DNA from: an uncultured Gemmatimonadales bacterium | Lineage (GTDB): Bacteria; Gemmatimonadota; Gemmatimonadetes; Longimicrobiales; RSA9 | Direction: 5' to 3' | DNA length: 64,000 nt | NCBI GenBank assembly: GCA_963798085.1 | Contig: CAWCRS010000007.1 | Coordinates: forward strand, 672,001-736,000 | Made by a program: the position numbers and the translations under genes | Notes under the pieces: model-generated | Seen by the model: only the letters and a program-made list of their open reading frames with translations | Told to the model about the DNA's origin: nothing | Database searches by the model: none | Shown here: piece after piece, positions 7,844 through 19,543 of the stretch | How positions within the stretch are numbered: the stretch's first letter is position 1 | Layout: each line of letters opens with the position of its first letter

Positions 7844-9391
7844 ATGAGGACCTGCGCGGGTCTCGGCGCCCTTCTGCTGGGCAGTGCAGTCGCGTGTGCC
7901 AGGCCGCAGCCGGTATCGCTGGTATCGGTGGAACGCGTCATTACGCACGACAACCGGGCGGCCGCGGGCCGCCTGCGCAATGACGAGTTAGAGATCCACC
8001 TCGAGCTGCGCGCCGGCGAATGGTACCCGGATTCGCCATCGGGGCCGGCTGGCGTCGTGCAGACCTTCGCGCTCGAAGGCGGGCCGCCGCTGATTCCCGG
8101 ACCGCTCATCCGCGTGCGCACCGGCACGACCATCCACGCGACCGTGCACAACCCGCTCCCCGATTCGACGCTCGTGGTGCACGGCCTGCACACCCGGCCC
8201 GGTTCTGGCACCGATTCCCTCGTGGTCCGTCCCGGCGAGACGCGGGACGTGCGGTTCCCCGCGGGCCAGCCGGGCACCCACTTCTACTGGGGCTCGACCT
8301 CGCACACGGACATGGAGTCCCGACTCGGCAGCGACAGCCAGCTGGCCGGCGCGTTCATCATCGACCCCGCAGACGGGCCGGCGCACGAAGACCGCGTGTT
8401 CGTCATCGGGCAACTGGTTCGATCCCCCGGATTCCGCAGGCCCGCCGCCCGTCGTCGAGCGCGATGTGATGGTGATCAACGGACGGTCGTGGCCATGGAC
8501 CGAGCGCTTCGACCTGCTGCAGGGCGATACCATCTACTGGCGCTGGCTGAACCCCACGCCCAACGCACACCCAATGCACCTGCACGGTTTCTTCTACGAC
8601 GTCACCAGCCGCGGCAGCTGGGCGGCAGACACGGTGTTAGAGAGGGGGCCGCGCCAGGTGGTCACGGAAACCATGCTGCCGGGTTCGACGTTCGCCATGC
8701 GCTGGGTCGCGGAAAGGCCGGGCAACTGGCTGTTCCACTGCCACTTTGCGTTCCACGTGTCGCATTTCCTCTCGTTCCGCAAGATTCCGGACCCCGAGGA
8801 TGCCGATCCGCCGGGCGTGTTGGAGCATTCGGCCAGCAGCATGCGCGGGTTGATCCTGGGCTTGCACGTGCGGGAGCGGAACGACCGTCCGGGCGAGGCT
8901 GTCAGGGGGACCGAAAGCGCGGCCGCGAGTGCGGCGGACACGGCGACGCCGCCGCGGCGGGTCCGCCTGCTGGTGGACGCGAAGAATCCGGGACCCCGCG
9001 AACAGTTCGGTTATGTCGTGCAGAACGGGGCGGAACCGGCGCGTGACTCCGTCCTCGCGCTTCACGCCGCCACGCGCCGGCACGTTCATCTACCATTCGC
9101 ACTCGAACGAAGACGCGCGTGTTCATCGCACTGGCGCGGCGGGCGCCACCGGCAGGGAAATGGGTGGGACGTACCGCCGCGGACTACCAGCTGGCGGAGT
9201 GGCGCGCGGTGGCGAAGGATGGCGCCGATCTGCCCGCCGCGCAGCAGGTGAGCGGGCCGGCCTGGATCGGCATGGGACCGGGCGAGACCGCCGACTTTGC
9301 GTTCACACCCACCATCGCCGGCGACCTGACGATGCAGGTCGTGACGCAGGTCGAGGGGTGGGTGCTCGATCTGCCGCTACACGTGCGGTAG
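7844..9391 (+). pseudogene. Multicopper oxidase, frameshifted with apparent internal deletions
   Basis: Pieces in several frames: PGPLIRV, VHGLH, HPMHLHG, WLFHCH..FH, FTPPRAGTFIYHSH, WRAVAKDGADLP; breaks near 8430-8465, 9055 and 9115. Confidence 0.75.
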
Positions 9392-9513
9392 TGCGAGAAA
9401 CGGTCACCAGCATTTACGCCGGTGCCGGTTGCTGCCACGGCTGATGATGGACTCTCAGCATTTCCCTTGAAACAGGATTGAAATCACCAAGGCGATGGGC
9501 GCGGGTCTGCTCA

Positions 9514-10607
9514 ATGCACCACCACTCGAACGGCGTACCCCATACCGAACGAGCAAGCAATCGGCGCTGGTCGGCTCTCGTGTCGTCAGTATTTCTCGTG
9601 TTGATCCTATCTGCCCGGTCATTGAGTGCTCAGAGCCAGCTCGTCTCGTTTGATCTCGTGAAGACCATCAGACTCATCGAAAGCGCAAGTGATCCTGTCG
9701 CGAAGATCGACTATCTCACAGTGGCTGCAGACGGTCGTCTGGTGATTACCGACAGAGTTTCAGGCAAGATCAGAATCTTCGCGCCTGATGGTTCGCCACT
9801 CACAGTGGCAGGGCGACCGGGGAAGGGTCCTGGGGAATTGAATGGTCCGGCGGAGCCTGCATGGGACCTGATGGCGCGCTCAATGTGGCGGATTGGGGGA
9901 ACGGTCGCATTTCTCGCTTCGTGAATGGATCCGCCTTCGAACGAACGATCCCCATGCCCGGAAGCCCGACGTGGGTGGCGCCGGTCGCCGGTGGATTCAT
10001 TGTCTCCATGAGGGGCCGACTGGATCGGCTGGCCATGGTGGATACGAGTGGAAGGATCGTAAGGGAGTTTGCAAGTTGGCCGAAGGAAGTACAGGACGTT
10101 CCTTATTGGGGCAGTATCACAGCGGCCGAGGTGGCAGTTGGCGCCGGGCGTGTTTTCGTCGCCAGTTCGCTCATTTATGCTGTTTCCGTATACAGTGAAT
10201 CCGGCGACTCCCTGGGGACCTTCGGGACACCGCCAAAGTCCTGGGCGGCAGCGAGCCGACCCGCCAGGGGCGCTTTTGTCGGGCCCAGCGGAATGGCGAG
10301 GGCTGCCGAGTGGCTGAAGACGTTCACCGTGATCAGTTCCCTCGCGGTCTACCGCGATTCACTTCTTGTGGTTGCCCATGCGCGCCCGGGGCCTGACGTC
10401 GTCAACTTCAATGCGCAAGTGCCCAATGGTGTCGATGTCTATGGAGTCGATGGTGCCGGGATAGCCTGGGACGCCTCTCTGAAAGGTCGTGTGCTTGCGG
10501 GCGGCCAGTACCTGTATGTTCTTGCGAGTGAGCCACCCGATGGGTGGGCCATTGCCGCATATAGGATCACTCTATCATCACCACCTCCAGGCCGGCGCTC
10601 GCAATAG
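9514..10607 (+). CDS. Exported 6-bladed (NHL-type) beta-propeller protein, one frameshift near 9860
   Basis: Signal peptide, GRPGKGPGEL NHL motif, continuation VADWGNGRISRF in ORF 9861-10607. Confidence 0.75.
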
Positions 10608-10657
10608 CTCGAGCCTCGACGCTGGAAGTAGGCCGCTGCCGCTCAGAATTGGAATAA

Positions 10658-11878
10658 TCACGAAGCCGACGGGTCGCCGACGCGGCCCATGAACAGGATC
10701 GTGCCCGACGAGCGCTCGCGGATCGCGAACAGGAACGGCCGGTCGAACACGAGCGAGGGCGGCAGCGACGTCACGCCAATGCCAACCGCGGTGGCGGCGG
10801 CCGCCTCCGTGCCCAGCTCGTGCACATCGATGAACGTCTTGTGCTCGACGCGCGAGATATAGAGGTCGTTTCGTGAAGTCGTAATGCGACCGAAGTCCGC
10901 CTGAAGCGGCAGGAACGCGACCGGCATCCCCATCGACTTCAGCGCATCATCCAGTCGCACGCCGAAATCGAAGCGGAACTTCGGCATGATCGTGATCAGC
11001 CGCCCCGGCTGCAGCTGCGCCATCCAGCTCTGCCAGCGCTGCGGTGTGAGCGAGACGATGAGATCGCTGAGCTTGCCGCCCGGCGGCGGCGCCACCACCA
11101 CCATGCTGAACGCACTGTCCGCATACAGCAGCTCGACCGCCTGGATCTCGCTGTTGTTGACGAATGGCCGCGTCGCATCCCCCGACATCGTCGCTACGCT
11201 GACCTGCGCACCGCTGAGTGTGGTGAACGGCGCGTTGCCCGTGGCGTCAGGATTGAACGGCGTGCTCCAGGGCGCCTTGAAGTAGACCGCGTTCACCAGG
11301 AACATCACCTCCGCCGGATCGATCTGCTGGACCAGATCCTTGATGCGTCCGCCGGTTGCGTCTTCCGCCCAGTGGCTGATCGTGCCCGGCGCCGAGGCGG
11401 AGCGGAAGTCGATCGATCGGACTTCCGCATCGAACCAGTTCTTCGCCGCGTCCAGGAACGGCTGCTCCACCGAAAACGTCTGCTCGTACCAGATCGAATT
11501 CGCCAGCCTGAACTCGACCTTCGAGTCACGGGCGCGCAGCTGCTGGATGAGCCCCTTGTACGCCGCGTTCACATCCGCTTCCGCCATGCCGCCGAAGCCC
11601 AGCACATCGCGCATTTGGGAGAGGGTCTCGCCCTGCGCGCCATTCGCCGTCATGCCCAGCGCCATTGACGCACTGAGCGGCGAGACCATGACGTTCGGTG
11701 CGCTGGCGCTGCCCGCTGTTGCGGAGAACAGACGGAGCCCAAACGAAGTGTTAGCGCTGGAGACGCGGAGTTCGTCGGCGGTGAAAGCTCGGGGCGGCTC
11801 CGTCGGCAGGACATCCGTGGCGGAGTGGCAGGCCGAGAGCGCTGCTGAGAACAGAAGAGTGGCGGCGAGCTTCTTCAT
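10658..11878 (-). CDS. Serpin-family lipoprotein (serine protease inhibitor)
   Basis: Lipobox LSAC; SPLS, NAVYFKAPW, hinge ELGTEAAAAT, FDRPFLF; RBS aggtagga. Confidence 0.95.
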   Translation of the reverse strand: MKKLAATLLFSAALSACHSATDVLPTEPPRAFTADELRVSSANTSFGLRLFSATAGSASAPNVMVSPLSASMALGMTANGAQGETLSQMRDVLGFGGMAEADVNAAYKGLIQQLRARDSKVEFRLANSIWYEQTFSVEQPFLDAAKNWFDAEVRSIDFRSASAPGTISHWAEDATGGRIKDLVQQIDPAEVMFLVNAVYFKAPWSTPFNPDATGNAPFTTLSGAQVSVATMSGDATRPFVNNSEIQAVELLYADSAFSMVVVAPPPGGKLSDLIVSLTPQRWQSWMAQLQPGRLITIMPKFRFDFGVRLDDALKSMGMPVAFLPLQADFGRITTSRNDLYISRVEHKTFIDVHELGTEAAAATAVGIGVTSLPPSLVFDRPFLFAIRERSSGTILFMGRVGDPSAS

Positions 11879-11918
11879 GGTCCTACCTCTGCAAGGTCGC
11901 ATCGTCTGCAAACGACAT

Positions 11919-12116
11919 CAGCTCACGCGGAGGCGCGGAGGCGCGGAGGCGCGGAGTCGGTCTGGCCGGGTCTTGCGCTGACCCCCGGGGCTGCACGCCA
12001 GAGCTGCGATTCTTCTTTCTGTTAACAGATTAACAGATTTCTGCTCTGAGTGGTGTTCGATTCCCCTCCGGATCGGTCGGGCGCCTCTCTGCGCCTCCGC
12101 GCCTCTGCGCGAGCTG
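11919..12116. repeat. 198-bp element with 30-bp terminal inverted repeats built from cgcggagg octamers (REP/MITE-like)
   Basis: 11919-11948 vs reverse complement of 12087-12116 match at 27/30; four tandem octamers at 11926-11956. Confidence 0.8.
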
Positions 12117-12192
12117 GATCTGTTCTCCGCGCCCTCTCCGTTTACCTCTGCAACTCAACGTTTGCCCTGCCTCCAGGCTGACAGCTGACGCC

Positions 12193-13501
12193 TCACACCA
12201 CGTTGGCCGGTCTCCGCGCACTCTCGACCTGGAACTCATCGGTCAGCCGCGCCGCAAGCTGTGTGCCCTCTCTCTCGCGCAGGAACATCATCAGCAGCAG
12301 ACCGACCACGAAGAAGAGGAGGATGCTGGACATGGCGAGGCGGTGACTGCCGGTGATGCGCAGGGTGGTGGTGTAGAAGAGCGGGCCGAGCAGGGACGAC
12401 ATCTTGCCGGAGAACGCGTACAGGCCGAACAGCTCCGCCTGTTTGTGCTCGGGGACCAGTTTGGCGAGCAGGCTGCGGCTGGCGGACTGGTTGGGACCCA
12501 TCATGATGCCGATCAGGGTGGCGGCCAGCCAGAAGCCGGCGACGGTCGTCGTCGCCACGCCAATGATGGTGGCAATGGCGAGGCCGACGAGGGTGATGAT
12601 CATGGTGCGCTTGCCGCCGATCCTGTCGTCGACGAAACCGAAACCGAACGCGCCAATGCCGGCGGCCACGTTCAGGCCGATCGCCATCACCAGCACCTTC
12701 TCGAGGGGCATGCCGAGCACGGCGCCGGCGTAGATCGCGGCCATGTCGATCACGGTGATGAGGCCGTCGTTGTAGATCATGTGCGCGATGATCAGCCTGG
12801 CGGCTTCGCGCAGCTCGTGCAGGTGGCGGATGGTGACGGCCAGGCGGTGGAAACCCTGGCGCACGTACATGCCGAGCGGCGCACTGCGGCGCTCGGCGCG
12901 CTCCTTCACGCCGAAGAAGATGGGCAGCGAGAACACGAAGTACCACGCGGCCACCAGCAGGATGGTGGAGCGCACGTTCAGGTAGTTCGTGTGCGGCACC
13001 CAGCTCTGCACCATGCCCAGGCCGAGCGCCAGGCAGAGCAGGCCGCCCACGTAGCCGAGGAAGTAGCCGTAGCCGGAGATGCGGCCGATGTTCGAGCTGT
13101 TCGAGAGCTCCGGCAGGAAGGCGTTGTAGAAGACGTTCGACGCCTCGAACCCGGTGTTAGCGAAGATGAAGAGCACGGCCGCCGGTCATGGCCTGGCCGG
13201 GGCCCATGAAGAAGAGGGCGACCGTGAACGATGATCGCCTGCACCGCCGAGAGCACGAGGAAGAACTTCTTGCGGCCGGAATAATCCGCGATGGCGCCCA
13301 GCACGGGCATGAGCAACGCGACAATGACCGCCGAGATGTTGAGGGCGGTGCCCCAGAGCACAGTGCCCGATGTTGCTGCCGGCGATCACGTCCGTGAAGA
13401 AGCGGTTGAAGATGAACGTCACGATCGAGCGTGTTGAACGCCGAGCTGCCGAAGTCGTAGAGAGCCCAGCCCAGCACATCGCGGCGCGTGAAGTCGCTCA
13501 T
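12193..13501 (-). CDS. MFS transporter, UMF1/Atg22-like; several frameshifts at 13180-13430
   Basis: WALYDF, PVLGAIAD, NVFYNAFLP, GRISGYG, YNDG, QSASRSL, ELFGLYA motifs spread over four ORFs. Confidence 0.85.
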
Positions 13502-13531
13502 GTTCCTCCGTGCACGGGGTCGCTCATGGCC

Positions 13532-16500
13532 TCAGCGCTGGCGCGCGCCGCCGTCATTGGCGTTCGCGCTTCCCGGCGGCAGCACCGGCTTCAGGCGATA
13601 GACGCTGCGCATCACGCAATCGTCAAACTCGGTGTTGGTGTGCTCGATGCGGTTCACGCCGTGCGCCAGATAGCGGAGCAGCGCGGACGTGTGCGCCAGC
13701 CCGGCGCCCGCGACCAGTTCGAGCCAGTCGCCGCGCGCGGTCTCGTCCGGCGCTTCCGTGGTCAGGTTGAAGTAGGAGATGCGCGGGCTGTTGGCCGCGC
13801 CACCCCGGCCGCCGCCTCGCCCGCCGGCGGCGGCAGCGCCGCCGCCCGGCCCCAGCGCTCGCCCGCGCAACGACTCGTACACGAGAATGCCGTTGCGAAA
13901 GTCCTCCCGGAAATTCTCGACATCCTGCCGGCCATACTTCTGGTAGCGCGCGTACAGGCGGCGGTTCACCGGCTCCATGGGCGACGAGGTGATGGCGCGC
14001 GCCACGGAATCGAGGATGGCGAACTGCGCGGTTCTGTACTCGGGGTAGCGCGGATCGTCGACCCAGCTGAAGCCGGGCACGAACCAGCCGCGGGGCGCCC
14101 ACCAGCTGCGCTGCGTGCCCGTACGCCCGCGCACCCAGGCGCTGTAGCCGGCGAACAGCTGCACCCATTCGTGCGAGGGATAGCCGTGCAGGTTCATGTT
14201 GATGTCGGGCAGCCACGTTTCCGCCAGTTCCGGCCTTGCCAGGGATTCGGGATAGATCGGGTCCTCCTGGCCGGCGCCGCTGGTCGCGTCCACACCCAGC
14301 GCGCCCAGGTAACCGGCGTGCAGCATGAAATCCGGATTCTCCAGCTGCATCTCGTACGCCAGCCGCGCACCATCCGGATTCGTGATCGGATGCAGCACCA
14401 CGTTCACCTTGCGCAGCATGTCGCGATACGTCGAATCCGTGACCAGCATCTCGCCCATGCGCAGGATGTGGCTGGTGCTGGACACTTCATTGGCGTGCTG
14501 GCGACCCGAGAGCAGCAGTGTCGGCTTCAGTGCGTTGAGCTTGGCCTGCGAGATGAAGTGTGCGTCCATGGGCGGCAGGAAATCCGCGGCGAACGTGTTC
14601 TGGCCCAGGAACGAGCGCGTGATGAAGTACACGTGCACACCCGGGAACGTCGCGAACCGGGCCATGATCGAGTCGCTCTCGACCGGCGGGATCGGCGTCT
14701 TCCATTGCACCAGCCGCTGCCCCTTGTACTGGAAGCCGCGCGCGTATAACACGGGGTTATGGGTGCTGGCGGGGTGCGCGCTGCGCGGCAGTGTCGCCAT
14801 ACGGTCATAGGCGACCGTCGTGTCCCGCAGGGTGATGTGGAACGCCAGCTCGCCGACGCGATCGAAGGACAGCGCGTCCTCCGCCACGCCCGCGCGGTGC
14901 ATATCGCCCAGCACGTCGACCATGCCGCTGAGCAGTTCGGCCGGGAGCATTCTGCCTGTCGATCTGCTCCTCGCTTGCCTTCAGCCGGTTCTCCTCGTAG
15001 TGGTCGGTGGAGTCCACCGCGGTGACATCGAAGAGCAGGCGCGCGACGCCATCCTGTCCGGCCTTCACCGCAATGCCGCGCAGCTTCGGCGTCTCGGTGG
15101 GAAGGTCGGACAACGCGTAGCGATCGCGCACCGGCTCCTTGCCGCGCTCGCGCCAGGTCAGCACCAGCTCGGGAACACCGCGGTCCTTGCCCGTGAACGT
15201 GATCTTCGCGTGACCCGGACCGGGCTTGCCCGGCTTGATGTACGGCAGGATGCGACCGGCGTAGTTCAGCGCGCCCACGTTGTAGCGGCCGCCGATCAGG
15301 TCGAAGAGCGTGAGCGTCTCGAAGTAGATGTCCTCGTGCAGCGCCTCGAGCGAGGAGATCACTTCCTCGTCGACGCCAATGCGGTAGTTGGGCTCGCTGA
15401 GCGAGAGGTCGACGCGCAGCGCGTCGAAGTAGGGCGCGTTCCCGGGCGAGGGCCGGCCTTCCTGCACGTCCATGACGTAATCGGCGATCTTCGGGTACGT
15501 CTCCTTCTGCAGGTGCTCCCAGAAGCGCTCGGGGTCCGTGGCAATGCGCTGGTCCAACACGGTGTTGCCATCGGCCGTCACGTTCACCCAGCCGGTGGTG
15601 ACGCGCACTGACTCGTACTCCGGGAAGCTGTCGAAGAAGGGGCGCACCGCGTACTTCGGGTCGAAGCTCCGGTCCAGCAGTGTCGGCGCCCGACGGATCG
15701 GTCACGTGAACCGTGTAGACCGGCTTGTCCACGAGCCTTGGCGTGAAGCGCACGAGTGAATCCGGGATGGCCAGCTCGCGCGCGAAGATGGCGTCGATCG
15801 GGTAGATCTCCTGCAGCCAGCGTGTGTCCGACTCGGCGACCGACCAGCGTACTTCCTTGGAGTCCTTGATGGAGTGGTAGGTGATGTCGATGTGGCCGAT
15901 GCGCTTGCCGCGCAGCTGCGGCAGGATCACGTCGTTCAGCCAGCTGTAGCCCTGCTTGTAGGCGGAGAGCACGACCACGTCCGCGTTGCTCACGCCCTTG
16001 GACTGCAGCTCGCGCTGGATGTCGTGCTGCAGCTGGGCGCGCTCCTCCGGCGATTCACTGACGCGCAGCTCGACGCGCACGCGCTGGCCGCCGCGCAGCT
16101 TCGGTAGTGCCTGCGTGCGGAAGACGTTCCAGAAATCGTCGACTTCCCATGGGATGTCGAAGGTCTGCGTGAAGATCTGTTTGTTGACGCCGAAACCGGT
16201 GGGGAAGGTGGTGACGCCCACGTGTGCGCGCGGGAAATGCTGGCGCGCCAGCGCGCCGGCCCAGCGATCGAGGCCGTCGGGCCGATCGCGCGTGGCGATC
16301 TCTATGCCGATCGAGTCGATGTCCTTGCCCTTCAGCCGTTCCAGCCACTGGCGCAGCTTCACGCCGGCCAGCGCGATCTGGCCGGGCGTCTCCTTCGCCT
16401 GGAAGAAGCGACGAACCCCGGTCTCTACATCATCTAACCCGTAGTTGCCCTTGCCGTAATCCCAGAGCCAGGGCATGCGTTGCGATACGTAGTTGCCGAT

Positions 16501-17940
16501 GGCGCGCTGGCCGGCGCCATCGCCGCCCGTGATGACAAGCGCGTTATGTCCATCCAGCCCGCCCTTCACGAACTCGATGGCGCCTTCACCGGGCGAGTCG
16601 CCGCCGGCGCGCAGCTGGCCGGCCTGGCGCAGCCGCTCGGCGCGGTAGTTGTGCGCGCCGTAGAGGATGGGAAAGCCGCGCGACTCGGGGTGATCGTCCT
16701 GGCCGGCCGCGCGCGCGAAGGGCAGGCGCATGCCCGCAGTCTCGAGGCCAATGCGCGCCGCGAGATCGACGGCGCCGTCCAGCGCATCGCCATCGAGCGA
16801 GAGGTACGCGTCCGTGCGATCGGGCACGAGATCCTGGTTGGTGTCGCGGAACAGCCCGCTCGTGCTGTAGAGATCGGAGAGTGTGAAGTCCGGCGACTCG
16901 CGCGTGCTGAACTCGTTGCCCGCGCGCGTCTGCCATGGCCTCGCCGGCAGCAGGTGCGCGGTCTCCGTGCGGCCGGGTGCGGTGAGACGAAGGTCGATGC
17001 GCTGCAGATCCGGGAACTGCAGCTCGCCGCGGCGGACCGTGCCCTGTGCAGCGGATTCAGGCGACGCACCTCGCCCGGCGCCGCCCGCGCGACCGCCGCC
17101 CGCGCGACCACCGTCGGCGCCGCGAGCCGCACCGCCGGCGCGGCCAGCGGTGCTGTCCGCACGCAGCGAATCGTCGCTCAATGCGGCCAGCGCACGCGAC
17201 ACGACGGTGCTGTCGGGAAGCGTGACGGAAGCGAGAACGCGACTCACGCCGCGGTTGGATGCGTCGACTGTAATGCGATCGATCGACACATCGGCAGTGC
17301 CGAGATTGCGGCCGTGCAGGAAGCGATTCAGCCGGCTGGCGACATCCTCGTACAATGCGCCGTTCAGGCTCCAGATCGAGGGGTAGCGGCCGGAAACGTA
17401 CCCGGCAATGGCGGCGACACCACTGGCATCGCCGCCCTCCAGCAGGACACCGCCCGCATGGAAGAAGTCGTTCGCATGGATCAGCGACAGCGCGCCCTCA
17501 CCGGCAGTCAGTGCAGCGGCGGCGGCGCCCGCGCGGCGGGCTAACGCATTGTTCGAGCCGATCACGATCACCGGCGCGTCGTAGCCGCTGACATGCGCCG
17601 TGTCGTAGCCGACCAGCCCCAGGTCGAAGGCGGAGGTCTCGTAACCGAGTCGCGCGGCGATGTTGGAGGCGGCGGCTACATCCGCGGCCGACGGCTGCGC
17701 GGGAAGGATGATGCGCGCATCGACATAATCGACCACGTCATCGTCGTTCCGGTCCTGCAGCAGGAAGCCGCGCGTCCAAATGTCGCGTACGTCCGCGGGC
17801 ACCTGCGCGCGTGGCGGCGGGCGCAGCGCGCGCGTCGCTCCCAGCGCGAGCGGTGGCAGCGCCGCGCAGAGCAGCAGGGCAGGGAGCCAGCCACGCAGAC
17901 GCGCGCCGGTCCGGGCCGGGCCATTTCGCCGGTTTCTCAT
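13532..17940 (-). CDS. Very large exported M14 zinc carboxypeptidase-family protein; frameshifts near 15680 and 14950
   Basis: Signal peptide; duplicated D.N.D.V.D / AARLG.ET N-terminal units; C-terminal GRQHANE, NPDG, NLHGYP zinc motifs. Confidence 0.85.
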
Positions 17941-18112
17941 GCAAGTCTCGCCGAACGGGCTCAAGAGTGTTCGTGGTATACTGCGCGCGCGCCGTGGCAG
18001 CGGCAATTGGCGGGGTCCCAACGCAGGCTTTCCCATTCTCGGCTGACCGCTGAACCGCGCACAATCTGGAGTGCGGCGCGTGCCGCGCAGACTGCCCTTC
18101 CGGACCACAGTG

Positions 18113-18126
18113 ATAACCGTGGTTAT
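18113..18126. promoter_or_regulatory. Palindromic operator upstream of AbrB-Doc TA operon
   Basis: ataacc-gt-ggttat overlapping TATAAC, about 40 bp before the antitoxin ATG. Confidence 0.6.
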
Positions 18127-18167
18127 AACGTGAGAATGCGTCGGTTGTCCACGGGAAAGGCGGGCGC

Positions 18168-18395
18168 ATGACGAAGCAGACGGTGATCCGCGCGATCGGC
18201 AACTCGGCGGGAGCCACGATACCGAAGGCAATGCTGGAGCGATACCATCTGGCCGAGGGTGATGCCGTGACGCTGGTGGAAACGCCCGATGGCATTCTGA
18301 TCACGCCCTATGATCCGGCGTTCGCGGAAGCGATGGCCATTTATGTGGAGGGAGCGAAGAGCTACCGCAACGCCATGCGCGAACTCTCCCGGTGA
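18168..18395 (+). CDS. AbrB/MazE-family antitoxin
   Basis: IGNSAGATIPK..L..L.EGD.V motif; 75 aa; 4-bp overlap with toxin. Confidence 0.9.
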   Translation: MTKQTVIRAIGNSAGATIPKAMLERYHLAEGDAVTLVETPDGILITPYDPAFAEAMAIYVEGAKSYRNAMRELSR

Positions 18396-18826
18396 TCCCG
18401 CGGCGTCGGGAGCCGCGCTGGGTGGATCGTGCCGTGGTTCTCGCCATCCATGCGGATCAGATCCGTCAGCACGGAGGTGCTCAGGGAACGCGTGACGAGG
18501 GGGCGCTCGACTCATCTCTTGCACGGCCGCAGAACCGCTGGCACCACGAGCCGGACGCTGACTTGTGCGACCTGGCTGCAGCGTATGGATTCGGCATCGT
18601 GCGGAGCCACCCGTTCACGGATGGCAACAAGCGCACGGGCTTTCAGATGACGTACGTGTTCCTGGGTCTCAACGGCTACCGCATCAAGTCGTCCGAGGAA
18701 GATGTGGTGCCCATCATCTTCCGCGTTGCGGAGGGCAGCACAGACGAGTCAGCGCTTGCGGACTGGCTCCGTGCAAAGGTGGTGCGACGCCGGCGTCGTC
18801 AGTGTTGTGGCGTAAGCGCGAAGTAG
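18392..18826 (+). CDS. doc: Doc (death-on-curing, Fic family) toxin
   Basis: HGG..G.RD.GAL.S.LARP and HPFTDGNKRTG. Confidence 0.92.
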   Translation: MIPRRREPRWVDRAVVLAIHADQIRQHGGAQGTRDEGALDSSLARPQNRWHHEPDADLCDLAAAYGFGIVRSHPFTDGNKRTGFQMTYVFLGLNGYRIKSSEEDVVPIIFRVAEGSTDESALADWLRAKVVRRRRRQCCGVSAK

Positions 18827-19476
18827 ACCTTGCCATGGCCCGGGCTGCGCTCGTGGCCGATCAGCACTGACGACTCCGGGAACGCGTCCGTCAGCAGCAG
18901 CCTCGCCTCACTCATTTCCGCGGGTACATCGAAGACCAGGCGGGTCTCGTACGACTCGCCCGGACGCAGCGGCGTGGTGAACGGCGTGGAGCCGCCCAGC
19001 AGATCGGGCGCGATGTACGAGGGCGCCCACGACCGTCCATCGAAACCCACCAGCCGTACCTGCCGTGAACCCGGTGTTAGTGGTGCGCTGCGCGGGCGAC
19101 GACTCGAGATCGTGTTCTCGTCGAAGCGCGTGCGCACGGTCACGATCCAGAACTGGCCGGTCGGCGTCACTCGCTCCTGATCGGTCCCCAGCGTCGTCGC
19201 GTTCTCGACGTTGGTTACGGAATACGCGAGATGACAGTCGAGTTCGCAGAAATATTTCTCCTCGCCCGGCTCCAGCAGTCGGTCACGGCTGAGCAGCGAG
19301 CTGGCGCCCATGGCACCTGTGTACATGGCTGTCAGCGTGACGGTGGGGATGAGGACGAGGCGCATGGGTCCGAAGCGGCGGGTGAGCAGCAGCCAGCCGA
19401 GGCTGATCAGGGCGAGGGCGAGCAGCGCGCCGGTTCCGATGAAGGCGAGCACCACGACGGGTGCGGCAGCGGGCAT
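18799..19476 (-). CDS. Membrane protein with DUF4352-like Ig-fold domain
   Basis: Two N-terminal TM helices; G.FWIVTVR, LRPGESYETRLVFDVP; RBS and sigma70 promoter upstream. Confidence 0.6.
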   Translation of the reverse strand: MPAAAPVVVLAFIGTGALLALALISLGWLLLTRRFGPMRLVLIPTVTLTAMYTGAMGASSLLSRDRLLEPGEEKYFCELDCHLAYSVTNVENATTLGTDQERVTPTGQFWIVTVRTRFDENTISSRRPRSAPLTPGSRQVRLVGFDGRSWAPSYIAPDLLGGSTPFTTPLRPGESYETRLVFDVPAEMSEARLLLTDAFPESSVLIGHERSPGHGKVYFALTPQH

Positions 19477-19543
19477 GAAGTACACGGTTCCTCTTCCTCC
19501 TGCGGGCGCGAGAGCGGGTCGCGCATCTGAGCGAGTGGAGGGA

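Noticed and set aside
11926..11956. Tandem octamers as a possible CRISPR array
   Set aside because: No unique spacers, the unit is only 8 bp, and there are no cas genes.
18168..18826. TA pairs (also 37290-37939) as markers of a prophage or defence island
   Set aside because: No phage, integrase or other defence genes are adjacent; these are ordinary stand-alone type II TA modules.
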